Shown one piece after another: positions 27,337 through 38,244 of a stretch of 64,000 nucleotides of DNA. The stretch is from contig CAVUKA010000003.1 in the NCBI GenBank assembly GCA_963741945.1, positions 320,001 through 384,000 on the forward strand, given 5' to 3'. The notes beneath the pieces were generated by a model that did not search any database, had not been told where the DNA came from, and saw only the letters and a program-made list of their open reading frames with translations. The DNA comes from an uncultured Gemmatimonadales bacterium (GTDB lineage Bacteria; Gemmatimonadota; Gemmatimonadetes; Longimicrobiales; RSA9). The translations under genes were made by a program, and so were the position numbers. Each line of letters opens with the position of its first letter. Within the stretch, counting starts at the first letter, position 1.

Positions 27337-27409
27337 CCATCGCCGCGGAAGCGGCCTGACCATCGGCGCGGAAGCGGCCTGACCGGCGCCGCGGAAGCGG
27401 CCTGACCGG
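27318..27409 (+). repeat. 4 x 23 bp tandem repeat spanning the SDR stop codon
   Basis: Units at 27318, 27341, 27364 and 27387; consensus CGCCGCGGAAGCGGCCTGACC(AT/GG). Confidence 0.95.
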
Positions 27410-27497
27410 CCGCTCGGGCGGGGGCGGCGGACCGCTCCATCGGTCGGATACGGGCCGAGCGGAGGGCAATGCCGCGCCGTCCTGCGACATGAGGATC

Positions 27498-27527
27498 TTG
27501 ACGACACCCCCCCGCATGGCGCATTCT
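27498..27527 (+). promoter_or_regulatory. sigma70-type promoter
   Basis: TTGACG-N18-CATTCT. Confidence 0.5.
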
Positions 27528-27562
27528 GGCCCGTGTCTCTCCCCGCCAACTCCATCATTTGG

Positions 27563-28270
27563 ATGACGCACATCAGCACCAAGGCGACGGCTGAAGCCCT
27601 GCTCCGCGAGCTCCCTTCCGTGCTCGGGGCGTACGTCAACGAAGACATGGAAGGGCGGCCCCGGGAGGTCCATCTTCTGGTGCGGCACGGTCCCGACGCC
27701 GCGCGGCTGGCCGGGGACATCCACGATCTGCTGGAAGAGCGCCTCGGCATGCCGATCGACAAGCGCGTGATCAGCATCGCCCAGCTCGCGCGCGACCCCG
27801 ACTGGTCGGAACCCGAAGTCGAGGAGACGCTCGAGCCCGCGGTCCGGGCCGTGGGGCCCGTTCCGGAGGCGAGGCCCGTCTTTGCCGGGCTGGAGTCGAG
27901 CGTGGGCGGTGGTCACGTGACCGTGGCCGTGCGGCTGGAGTGGAAGGGCGAGCTGGCGGAGGGGACGGCCGAGTCGGTGGATACGCCGCAGGGTCGGGCC
28001 CGCGCCTCAGCCACGGCCATGCTCCGGGCGGCGGCCCGTGCGGTCCGGCGCGAGGAATACAACCTCGAGCTGGACTTCGCCTCGATCGTGCAGGCGCTGG
28101 ACGGTGAGTACGTGCTCGTGAGCGTGCTGGGGATGTCGCGCCAGATCGGACGTCGCCCGCTGCCCCTCGTGGGGGCGCACCCGGTGGAGAGCGACGTGGA
28201 GTCCGCCGCGGCGCTGGCGTCGCTGAAGGCGATCAACCGCACGCTGACGCTGGCGCTCCAGGCTTCCTGA
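27563..28270 (+). CDS. Hypothetical protein, paralog of 52385-53026
   Basis: Shares VTVAVRLEW..G.A and LVGA..V..D...AA.LA.L.AINRTL with the 52385 protein. Confidence 0.85.
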   Translation: MTHISTKATAEALLRELPSVLGAYVNEDMEGRPREVHLLVRHGPDAARLAGDIHDLLEERLGMPIDKRVISIAQLARDPDWSEPEVEETLEPAVRAVGPVPEARPVFAGLESSVGGGHVTVAVRLEWKGELAEGTAESVDTPQGRARASATAMLRAAARAVRREEYNLELDFASIVQALDGEYVLVSVLGMSRQIGRRPLPLVGAHPVESDVESAAALASLKAINRTLTLALQAS

Positions 28271-28283
28271 CGTTCGTCCCGGC

Positions 28284-28874
28284 TCAGCCGGGGACCAGCA
28301 GCGGACTCAGGGCGAAGTAGGTCCTGGGGATGTCCAGCCGCGCCACCAGCCGGCGCCGGGCGAGCGACTCCAGCGCCGCCGCGGCCTCGGCTTCCCGCGC
28401 CGACATCGCTGCCGCCACTTCCGCGGCACCGCCTCTCGTAATGCGTTCGAGCCCCTCCCACGCCGCCTGTTCGCCGTCGCTGACGCTCCCGAGCAGCGTG
28501 ATCTCGCCGCTCCCGAGCTGGGCCGTGATGGCCAGTCCCTGCCGCCCCAGCACGGACTCGATGGTTTCCCGGTGGCGGTCGTCGATGCCGCGGGCCAGGA
28601 AGTAGGCCTCCGCCGGCCTGTCTTCCCGCTGGAAGCGCTGGATCAGCTTGGCCACGGTCTCGTCCGCGCAGCTGTAATCCAGGACCACCACTTCGCTGAA
28701 GTCGAGCACGGTCAGGCAGAGCGCGCCGATCTCCGAGATCTGCGCCTCGATCCCCAGGCGCAGTGCCTGCCCCGTGGGCCGGGTCACCAGGTGCGAGTAG
28801 AGCGTGGCCACGGACTTCCGCACGAGGGCGGAAAGGTCGAACCGGAGCGGAACGACGTTGCCCAGGTCGCTCAC
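28284..28874 (-). CDS. STAS-like domain protein with a C-terminal winged-helix-like segment
   Basis: LTVLDFSEVVVLDYSCADE resembles the STAS Ser loop; C-terminal AAEVAAAM...AALESLARRRLV; GTG start in a GTGA overlap. Confidence 0.8.
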   Translation of the reverse strand: MSDLGNVVPLRFDLSALVRKSVATLYSHLVTRPTGQALRLGIEAQISEIGALCLTVLDFSEVVVLDYSCADETVAKLIQRFQREDRPAEAYFLARGIDDRHRETIESVLGRQGLAITAQLGSGEITLLGSVSDGEQAAWEGLERITRGGAAEVAAAMSAREAEAAAALESLARRRLVARLDIPRTYFALSPLLVPG

Positions 28875-29797
28875 CGGGCGATCCCCGTCCCCGGCGCCTG
28901 CTCCATCGCCGGCTCCATCACGCGCGACGGCAGGACGATGCTGATCTGCGTGCCGGGGAATGGCGCCAGGTCCGTCTCCAGCGGTGGCGAGTCGTCCCAG
29001 GCCGGGACATCGGCGATCCTCGCCGTCCCGCTGCGAATGGCGATGCGCCCATTCCACCGCCCCACCTGCTTCCGGATCTGCTGCAGCCCCTGCCCGCGCC
29101 CGGGGTCGTGGAACCGCGTGAGGCCATGGATGAACGCAGCCTCCAGGGCGGAGGCGTCACTCCAGCGCTCGCCGTAGCGGGCCGCATGCTCGCTGCCGAG
29201 GGAGCCGTAGAAGCCGACGCCGAGGTCCACGACCGCGATGAACACCACTTTCCGGCCGAGCCGCTTCGCCCAGTTGTACGTCTGCGTCGCGACCCAGCCT
29301 CCAGCCTCCGCGTGGTCGATGATGTTCTGGCAGACCTCGCTCAGCATGACACTGAACTGGAACGCCTCCTTCAAGGGGTAGTTGAGCTGCCGCGTGAGGA
29401 TGGCCAGGGCGCGCTCGTTCACGCGGTCGACGATCCGGTGCACATCCATGTGCGAGCGCACGGGGGTGATCTCCAGGAGCACATCCGAGCTCCCGGCCGG
29501 AGGTCGACGGCCCGGGCCATGGACCGCGAAAACCTCTTCCGCATGGGGGAAGAAGCCCATGCGGCCAAGATAGCTGATGACCTCCTGCGACTCCGGGAGC
29601 TGGAGCCGCGGACGCTCGGCCTCGCGCCCGGCCACCTCGCCGAGGGCAAGCAGCCCCAGCATGCCGTACGGGTCCACCCAGCGCAGGCGACGGGCGTCCA
29701 CCAGCACGCGCGCGCCTTCCTCAACCCCCCGGAGATCCTCCACGACCGCCTCGAACGTGCGGTCATCCAGCGTTGCCGGCAGGGTGATGACGTTCAC
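28871..29797 (-). CDS. STAS-like + HATPase_c (GHKL) ATP-binding protein
   Basis: N-box SEVCQNIIDHA, G1 VDLGVGF, G2 GRGQGL, PGTQI; N-terminal VLVDARRLRWVDPYGML; no HisKA domain seen. Confidence 0.87.
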   Translation of the reverse strand: MNVITLPATLDDRTFEAVVEDLRGVEEGARVLVDARRLRWVDPYGMLGLLALGEVAGREAERPRLQLPESQEVISYLGRMGFFPHAEEVFAVHGPGRRPPAGSSDVLLEITPVRSHMDVHRIVDRVNERALAILTRQLNYPLKEAFQFSVMLSEVCQNIIDHAEAGGWVATQTYNWAKRLGRKVVFIAVVDLGVGFYGSLGSEHAARYGERWSDASALEAAFIHGLTRFHDPGRGQGLQQIRKQVGRWNGRIAIRSGTARIADVPAWDDSPPLETDLAPFPGTQISIVLPSRVMEPAMEQAPGTGIAR

Positions 29798-30696
29798 AGC
29801 TCGCCCCTCAGGTGCGCGTGCAGGCCATCGGCGCCACGATGCCGGAGGTTGCGGGCGGCCGCGCGGTTCGCCCGCCGCGCCGCGTCCTCCACCGACGCCC
29901 CCGTGGTCAGCGCCACGAAGCAGGTGCCGCCCCACACGTCGCCGCATCCGGTCGGATCCCCCCGGGTCCCGCCCGCAGCCGCCGGGATGACGGTCGTGCG
30001 GACCGATTCCCCGTCCGGGCGGCGGACCTCCGCCCCGCGCGCGCCGCGCGTCACGAGGATGGCCCGCAGCCCGTCGCGCCAGGCGCTTTCGCCGAGGCTG
30101 GCCGGGTCATCGTCGCCGGCGACGAGCGCCAGCTCCTGCTCGTTCATCTGGACAAAATCGAACGCGCGCAGCCACCGGTCGCGGTCGGGGAGCCGGCGAG
30201 GCACGCGGTGGCCGCCGGTGCCCAGCCCGAGGAGGAGTGAGTGCAGGTCGGCATAGAGGAGTCCGTGGAAGCCGGCGCGGAGTTGCTCGGCCGTGTCGAG
30301 GGCCAGCTCGAACCCGGACACGAGATTGACGAAGAGCGCGTCCACGCCCCCCAGCCGGGGCGCCAGCTCCTCCCACCCCCATGGCGGCACGCCGCCCGTC
30401 AGACACTCGTGCCTGTGCTCCGTGTCGTGGTATCGCAGATGGACGCGGTTGTTCGGCTCCGCCGTCTCCACGACGCCGCCCGGCCACTCCAGCCCCGGTA
30501 ACGCCTGGAGGAAGGTGCGGGCCTGGTCAACGAAGTCGTTGCCCACCTTGATGATGGGGCGGATGGACCACCCGGTCGGAAGGGAGGCGGCGGCCGCGGC
30601 CAGGGAGTACGATATCCCGCCCCACCGCTCCACCTGGTCGCCTGCGGGGTGGTCGATGAGGTCCCACACCATCGTGCCGAGGATCGCGAGGCGCAT
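29794..30696 (-). CDS. PfkB-family carbohydrate kinase
   Basis: ILGTMVWD, WGGISY, QMNEQE, VTRGARGA, DPTGCGDVWGG. Confidence 0.92.
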   Translation of the reverse strand: MRLAILGTMVWDLIDHPAGDQVERWGGISYSLAAAAASLPTGWSIRPIIKVGNDFVDQARTFLQALPGLEWPGGVVETAEPNNRVHLRYHDTEHRHECLTGGVPPWGWEELAPRLGGVDALFVNLVSGFELALDTAEQLRAGFHGLLYADLHSLLLGLGTGGHRVPRRLPDRDRWLRAFDFVQMNEQELALVAGDDDPASLGESAWRDGLRAILVTRGARGAEVRRPDGESVRTTVIPAAAGGTRGDPTGCGDVWGGTCFVALTTGASVEDAARRANRAAARNLRHRGADGLHAHLRGEL

Positions 30697-30710
30697 GGGG
30701 GGCAGCCGGC

Positions 30711-31718
30711 TCAGACGGCGCCCAGGACTTCGTTCTTGAACATGGCCACTGCGCCAATCACGCCCGCGGTCCCCATGAGCATGGCCGGCACGATGGTACA
30801 CGCCTCCTGGGCGCTCTTGAACGCCCGGCGCCGGACCTCGGCGCGCAGCGGGACGAAGAGCGTGTCTCCCGCCTTGGTGACGCCCCCGGAGATGACCACC
30901 ATCTCCGGGTTCAGGATGTTGATGATGTTGGCCACGCCCGTGCCGAGGAACTTGGCCGTCTCCTTCATCACCTCGTTGGCGTAGGCATCGCCCAGGACCA
31001 CGCCCTCGTAGACCGTGGCGGCCGTGATCTCCTCCAGGCGCCCGTTCACCAGGTCGGGCAGCACCGTCTCCGCGCCGGACTCGATCCCCTCGATGGCGCG
31101 CAGCGCAATGGCCGGCCCGGACGCGTACGCTTCCAGGCAGCCGTAGTTGCCGCATTTGCACTTGCGCCCGGTGGAATCGATGGTCATGTGCCCGATCTCG
31201 CCGGCCGCATCGCTGATGCCGTGGAAGATCTGACCGTTCAGCACGATGCCGCCGCCGATGCCGGTGCCCAGGGTCAGCCCGATCAGGTTGTCCACGTCCT
31301 TCCCCGCCCCGAGCCACCATTCGCCGTACGTTGCGCAGTTGGCGTCGTTGTCCAGCGCGGCCGGCAGGCCGAGGGCATTGGCCAGGAGATCACGCAACGG
31401 GAAGTTCCGCCAGCCCAGGTTCGGCGTGTTGATGATGGTGCCGGTGCTCCGGTCCAGCGGGCCGGGCGACCCGATCCCGACGCCAGCCACCTGGTCCCGG
31501 GTGCCTCCGCCGGAGAGGACCACTTCACGGATCGACTCCTCCACCATGAAGAGGATCCGGTCCACCACGAATTTCGCCCCCTTCACGGCCTCCGTCTTCA
31601 TCGCGCGCAGCCCGAGGACCTCGCCGTTGCCACCGTTGAGGGGCAGGATTCCAACGACGATGTTCGTGCCGCCCAGGTCGACGCCCACGATCCAGCGGTG
31701 ATCCGATACGCCAATCAT
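30711..31718 (-). CDS. ROK-family sugar kinase (glucokinase-like)
   Basis: GVDLGGT, GIGSPG, NDANCA, TLGTGIGGG, GEIGH, CKCGNYGCLE. Confidence 0.95.
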   Translation of the reverse strand: MIGVSDHRWIVGVDLGGTNIVVGILPLNGGNGEVLGLRAMKTEAVKGAKFVVDRILFMVEESIREVVLSGGGTRDQVAGVGIGSPGPLDRSTGTIINTPNLGWRNFPLRDLLANALGLPAALDNDANCATYGEWWLGAGKDVDNLIGLTLGTGIGGGIVLNGQIFHGISDAAGEIGHMTIDSTGRKCKCGNYGCLEAYASGPAIALRAIEGIESGAETVLPDLVNGRLEEITAATVYEGVVLGDAYANEVMKETAKFLGTGVANIINILNPEMVVISGGVTKAGDTLFVPLRAEVRRRAFKSAQEACTIVPAMLMGTAGVIGAVAMFKNEVLGAV

Positions 31719-32386
31719 ATGGTCCTTTTCGTCTGCGACAACGATCCTTCCGCGACCCCGGAGCCGCGCTCGTCCGTTGCCGGGGGATCGAGGACGGTCA
31801 CGCGGCCCTCCCGGGCATACCGCTCCACCGCCAGGCGCTCGAGGTCGAACGGGTGCCGCTTCCAGCCGCTGAACGCGAATCCGGCCATTGCGATCTCGGC
31901 CTCCGGGCGCGTGCGAAGATAGTGCTCGAGAACCAGAAAGCCCGTGCTCGGGGCGCGCGGGCGAACGCGCGGCTCCCCCAGCTCCAGCAGCATCCGCAGG
32001 CACTCCGCCGCGAAGCCGGCGGGCAGATGAACGATGTCCTTCCCCAGCAGTCCGTTGGCTGCGAGGATACCCCGCGAGTACTCGCTACGCCAGGTCCGGT
32101 TCGCCAGCCGCAGAGCGATGCGCTTCCAGCGCGGCGACACCGGCCGCGGGAAGAGCACGGTCCTGCATCCACGGGCGAAGGGCTGGTCGGCCAGGAACCC
32201 GTCGCGGGCCAGTCGGCGAGCCCAGCTGCCGGTATTGTTGATCGCCAGAACGTCACACCGGGTCCCGGTCCGGACGCCGTAGTTCGGCGCCATGTTGAAG
32301 CGGACCACGCACCCGGCCGCCGCCACGTCGCCGGTGACATCCGGCCGCACCTCGCCGTTCCCGAGGATGAGGATGTCCGCACTCAA
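31715..32386 (-). CDS. GT29 (sialyltransferase)-like protein
   Basis: L-motif-like ILGNG...VVRFNMAP..G..TGTRCD, S-motif-like PSTG, GF, VS-motif-like HPFDLE; TTG start in a TTGA overlap. Confidence 0.75.
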   Translation of the reverse strand: MSADILILGNGEVRPDVTGDVAAAGCVVRFNMAPNYGVRTGTRCDVLAINNTGSWARRLARDGFLADQPFARGCRTVLFPRPVSPRWKRIALRLANRTWRSEYSRGILAANGLLGKDIVHLPAGFAAECLRMLLELGEPRVRPRAPSTGFLVLEHYLRTRPEAEIAMAGFAFSGWKRHPFDLERLAVERYAREGRVTVLDPPATDERGSGVAEGSLSQTKRTI

Positions 32387-33222
32387 CCGACCGTCTCCCG
32401 GATACCGAAGGATGTGCGGGTGCTGCGCCGCCGTCGCGTCTCCGCCCGGATCTCACGGTTCCGCTCCAGCATCTCCGCGTTCACGTAGCCCCGTGAATGG
32501 TGGAGGTGCAGGCACTTGGCCCGGTACCGGATCCGCCGGGGACGCACACCGTTGTGCCGCAGCCGGTCCCCCATCTCCCCATCCTCGCCACCATAGCCCA
32601 TGCGTTCATCGAAGCCGTTCACGGCCAGGATGTCCGCCTTCCAGCCCGAGGAGTTGTGGCCGTTCCAGGTGGGGGGCGTGGGCACCATGGCATCGAGGAG
32701 CGCGGCCACCGGGCCCTCCGCCGTGAGCTTGAGCGTTCGTCTGGAGCGCCGCAATCCGCGCGCGCACAGCCAGCGCACGTCGAAGGCAGCGCCGGTCTCG
32801 ATGGCCTCCCTGGAAATGGCGGCCGAAGTCTCAGGCGGCAGCTTCAAATACCCCCCCGAAAGGAACCGGCCGGGCCCCGCGAGGCGGCGGTGGACCTCCA
32901 CGAAATCCCGTCGCGGAACGCAATCCCCGTCGCTCATGATCAGGTACTGGCCCCGGGCCTCCAGGATCGCCCGGTTCAGGATCCTGCACTTCCGGAATCC
33001 GCGGTCTTCCTGCCACACGTGCCGCAGCGCGAGCCCCGTTTCCCGGCGCACGGTCTCGATGCGGTCCCCCGTTTCCGCGGCGCGGCCGTCCTCGGCGATG
33101 ACGATCTCGAAATCCCGGTACGTCTGGGCGGTGTAGCCCCACAACACCCTCTCCAGGTAATCCGGGCTGTTGTAGGTCGAAAGGATGACCGTCAGGCTCG
33201 GATCCCGCATTCGGTCGCTCAC
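32383..33222 (-). CDS. GT2 glycosyltransferase with galactosyltransferase-C (GT7C)-like tail
   Basis: VILSTYN, IAEDG, WQEDRGFRK, SDGDC, NGFDERMGYGGED, HLHH. Start 33222 or 33210. Confidence 0.92.
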   Translation of the reverse strand: MSDRMRDPSLTVILSTYNSPDYLERVLWGYTAQTYRDFEIVIAEDGRAAETGDRIETVRRETGLALRHVWQEDRGFRKCRILNRAILEARGQYLIMSDGDCVPRRDFVEVHRRLAGPGRFLSGGYLKLPPETSAAISREAIETGAAFDVRWLCARGLRRSRRTLKLTAEGPVAALLDAMVPTPPTWNGHNSSGWKADILAVNGFDERMGYGGEDGEMGDRLRHNGVRPRRIRYRAKCLHLHHSRGYVNAEMLERNREIRAETRRRRSTRTSFGIRETVG

Positions 33223-33256
33223 TCCGCCGTTGACAACCTGGCCGCGTGGCCCGGCC

Positions 33257-35056
<1,800 letters not shown>

Positions 35057-35174
35057 GCGCTATCTGGCTCTGTACGGGTGGCTGCAGCCTTTGAAGATAG
35101 TGGAACGCACCGGCTCATGGGAGCCGGTGCGCCCCCGCCTCTCCGCCCGACCGGGGCTGACCGCCTGATCCGCG

Positions 35175-35375
35175 CTACCCGCCGTTCTCCGCGTACTTCC
35201 GGATGCGCCGGGCGGTGAACGCGCCCAGCGCCACAGCCACCACCAGGGCCGCGCCGGCCGCGATCCACCAGACCGCCTGGCCGACGGCGAGGGCGTGGCC
35301 GGCGAAGTAGGCGACGCAGACGGCGGCGGCAGCGACGGCGAGGGAGAGGATGGAGTCGATGAACTTGAGTCCCAT
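35175..35375 (-). CDS. Small two-helix membrane protein (66 aa)
   Basis: MGLKFIDSILSLAVAAAAVCVAYFAG...WWIAAGAALVVAVALGAFTARRIRK. Confidence 0.7.
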   Translation of the reverse strand: MGLKFIDSILSLAVAAAAVCVAYFAGHALAVGQAVWWIAAGAALVVAVALGAFTARRIRKYAENGG

Positions 35376-35413
35376 GGCTGATCCCGGTGGGTGTGGTTCC
35401 GAGTGCGAGCCCG

Positions 35414-37003
35414 TCAGCGGGCCCGGGTCATCCGTCGGACCTCGGCCAGACCGTCGCTGGTCCAGCGTGGCGGCTCGGGGTCGTTGGCGATGCGGTCGGC
35501 GAGGAGGAAGACGAGCCGTGCCACGCGTGCATTCTTGTCGGCATCGATCGTTTCCACCTCGTCGCCCGGGCGATGATAATCGTCGTGAGTACCGGCGAAG
35601 AAGAAGAGGGCCGGGACCTCCTTCGCGGCGAAGCTGAAATGGTCGCTCCGGAAAAAGAAGCGCTGTTCCGGCCACAGGTCGTCGGCCAGGGTGAGCCCGA
35701 GCGCAGGATGATCCCGGGCGACGGCGCGGGCCAGCTCCCCGAGGGAGGAGTAGTCCTGGCCGATGACCACGATGCTGTCCGGTGCGTTGCGCGCGATCAT
35801 GTCCAGATTCAGGTCGGCCACGATGCGCTCCATCGCGACCGTGGGATGATCTGCGAACCAGCGGGATCCGAGCAGGCCTTTCTCCTCGCCGCTGACGGTG
35901 AGGAAGAGCACGGACCTCTTCGGCGGCACGGGGAGCGACGCGAACGCCTGCGCGATCTCCAGCACGGCGGCCGTGCCCGAGGCATCGTCGTCCGCGCCGT
36001 TGTAGATGGAATCGCCGGCCACCGGACTACCCACGCCCAGGTGATCCATGTGCGCGGTCACGAGAACGTAGGTGTCGCGCAGCGCCGGATCGCTCCCGGG
36101 TAGCAGCGCCACCACGTTGGGGGCCTCGGCCCGGTCCAGGCGGCGGACGGGGGCACTCAGGGTCAGGGTCACGCCCGGAAGGGGGACGGCACGGCCGGCC
36201 CCGGACGCCAGGAGGGCGCCACCGTCCAGACCGGCTGCGCTGAAGAGTCGGAGCGCGGCCGTCCGGGCGAGAAAGAACGTCGGGGGCGGCGCGTTCGCGG
36301 CGGCGTTCCCTTCCTCATCCGGAGCACCGTAGACCCGGGCGGCGCGCGCGGCAGCTTCCGCCAGCGCACCGACCTCGCCCCCGGTCACGCGCTCATCCAG
36401 GAGGAAGACGACAGCGGCCGCGCCGGCCGCACCGGCCTCATCCACGGCCGCGGCAATGGCCTGCCGCGTATCCCGCGGGAAGCGGAAGCCGCGGCGTCCG
36501 GGCTCGGGGGCGCCGTCCAGGGGGACGAGGGCCACCCGTCCACGCACACCATCCTCCCGCGCACCCGCGAGGCCGCCGGCAGTGCGGACGAAGACGGCGC
36601 CCGCCCGGACTTCGGGCCCGGCGGCGGGCAGGGCGTAGTAATCGGCGCCGAACTCGAGCGAGCGCGTGCCGCCCGCGCTGATGTGGAAGCGTGCGCGGGC
36701 CACATCCAGCGCTTGCAGCGGGTACGCGTAGCGCTGGAGCCACCCGTCCGTGCCGGCGGGCTGCAGACCGAAGGCCGCGAACTCCCGGGCGATCCAGGCG
36801 GCGGCCGAGTCCAGTCCGGGGCTCGGCGTGTCACGACCGCGGAACGCGTCACTGGCCAGCACCGCGACGCGGTCGTGGATGTGAGCGGGCGTGATGGTGG
36901 CGGCGGCGCGATCGAGCGCCGGGCGCAGGGACGGGTCGCGGACGAAGCGGGGGGCGCACGCGGCGAGTGCCACGAGGACGAGAACGGCTCGAGCGTGTCG
37001 CAT
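35414..37003 (-). CDS. M28 family aminopeptidase, lipoprotein
   Basis: Lipobox [53 protein letters not shown]. Confidence 0.93.
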   Translation of the reverse strand: MRHARAVLVLVALAACAPRFVRDPSLRPALDRAAATITPAHIHDRVAVLASDAFRGRDTPSPGLDSAAAWIAREFAAFGLQPAGTDGWLQRYAYPLQALDVARARFHISAGGTRSLEFGADYYALPAAGPEVRAGAVFVRTAGGLAGAREDGVRGRVALVPLDGAPEPGRRGFRFPRDTRQAIAAAVDEAGAAGAAAVVFLLDERVTGGEVGALAEAAARAARVYGAPDEEGNAAANAPPPTFFLARTAALRLFSAAGLDGGALLASGAGRAVPLPGVTLTLSAPVRRLDRAEAPNVVALLPGSDPALRDTYVLVTAHMDHLGVGSPVAGDSIYNGADDDASGTAAVLEIAQAFASLPVPPKRSVLFLTVSGEEKGLLGSRWFADHPTVAMERIVADLNLDMIARNAPDSIVVIGQDYSSLGELARAVARDHPALGLTLADDLWPEQRFFFRSDHFSFAAKEVPALFFFAGTHDDYHRPGDEVETIDADKNARVARLVFLLADRIANDPEPPRWTSDGLAEVRRMTRAR

Positions 37004-37008
37004 CGGTC

Positions 37009-38106
37009 TCAGAGTTCGGGCGTGATGGGCCAGAGGGCCTGTCCGGCGGCCGTCGTCACGGTGCGCACCTGCGCACCGTGCTCCTTGAGCACAACCAGCT
37101 GGACGTCCTGGGCGGACGTGCCGTATCCACCCACCTCCTTGAAGCGGAGCGGCATCCGGATGACCCAGCGCTCGACGATCCACACGCCCGCCGGGAGCCG
37201 GGTGAAATCCACGCGGCCGCCTGCTTGCGCCCAGTCGCCGTGGCCGAAGGGGAGTCCGCGATAGGTGAAGTCCAGGCGACGCAGCTCAGCGCTCCCACGC
37301 TCCAGCCACAACACGCCCTCCACCTCGGCGACCGTGCGGCCGGGCAGCGGCTCGAAGCCCAGTCCGATCAGCTCGCGCTCCCGCGCCGGTGGTGCACGGA
37401 TCGTGAAGCAGTGCGTGTCCAGAAAGGAATCCGAGAGCAGCACCTCCGCGTCCGGAGCGTAGTAGTCCACGCTGCCGTCGTCCGCCTGGCGAACGTATCC
37501 ACCGTGCGCCAGCGAGTCGGCCGGGATGCTGCGGTACATGCTGCTGGAAGAGACGCCCGCCCTCGGCCGTTCCACGAGCTCACTGATTTCGCCCGTGCGG
37601 GCGTCCACGACCCGGTCGAACTCCACGGCCCGGAATCGGAAGACCCGCTCCTGCTCGCCCCAGCGCGTGACCTCGAGCGCTTTGCGGGCTTCGTCCCAGA
37701 GCCGGGCCATGGCACCGCCGTCCGAAGGGCGACGCCGGCACCGCGCGCCGGTCTCGACTTCAATGCCCTCCAGCGTCACGGCTTCGATGGGCACCGCGAG
37801 CTCCCGCCGCACCGTGGCACCCGCCTCCAGTGTGAACGGCTCGGTCCGGGCCGTGCTGTGGCCGATGAGCTCGGCCAGGACGCGGAAGCGGCCGGGGGCG
37901 CCACGCAGGAAAAAGGTCCCGTCCATCCCCGTCAGCACGCCCTGGCGCCGCACGCCGTCCTCCGTCTGGAGCACTACGAAGACGCCCTCGAGCGGACGGA
38001 GCGTCCCCTCTTCCGTCACACGCCCCACCACCGTCTGCGCGGCAGTGGGGCTGACGACGGCGAAGAGCGCCAGGAGGACCGGGGCCACGAAGGCCAGGCG
38101 TCGCAT
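37009..38106 (-). CDS. Exported protein with an N-terminal carboxypeptidase-regulatory-like domain
   Basis: Signal peptide (TAA-QT), VVGRVTEE..PLEGVFV..TGMDGTF, YYAPDAEVLLSDSFLDTHCF. Confidence 0.85.
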   Translation of the reverse strand: MRRLAFVAPVLLALFAVVSPTAAQTVVGRVTEEGTLRPLEGVFVVLQTEDGVRRQGVLTGMDGTFFLRGAPGRFRVLAELIGHSTARTEPFTLEAGATVRRELAVPIEAVTLEGIEVETGARCRRRPSDGGAMARLWDEARKALEVTRWGEQERVFRFRAVEFDRVVDARTGEISELVERPRAGVSSSSMYRSIPADSLAHGGYVRQADDGSVDYYAPDAEVLLSDSFLDTHCFTIRAPPARERELIGLGFEPLPGRTVAEVEGVLWLERGSAELRRLDFTYRGLPFGHGDWAQAGGRVDFTRLPAGVWIVERWVIRMPLRFKEVGGYGTSAQDVQLVVLKEHGAQVRTVTTAAGQALWPITPEL

Positions 38107-38175
38107 GGAATCCATGCCCGCATGTTGCACACACGCGACGCCACTTGTCCAGAGCGACCGCGCCGGAGAGCCGGA

Positions 38176-38203
38176 TTGACGCGAGTAGCACCTCCGTTAG
38201 CTT
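38176..38203 (+). promoter_or_regulatory. sigma70-type promoter for mfd
   Basis: TTGACG-N16-TAGCTT. Confidence 0.5.
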
Positions 38204-38244
38204 CAGCCGACCATGGAGATCGCACGGCAGGGAGCGCGCGCCTG

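Noticed and set aside
27318-27409. Possible CRISPR array
   Set aside because: The repeats are contiguous with no spacers, and there are no cas genes in the window.
36967-38244. Apparent 1516-aa Mfd with a long N-terminal extension
   Set aside because: The extension is antisense to the 37009-38106 gene; a promoter-like site and start lie at 38176-38245.
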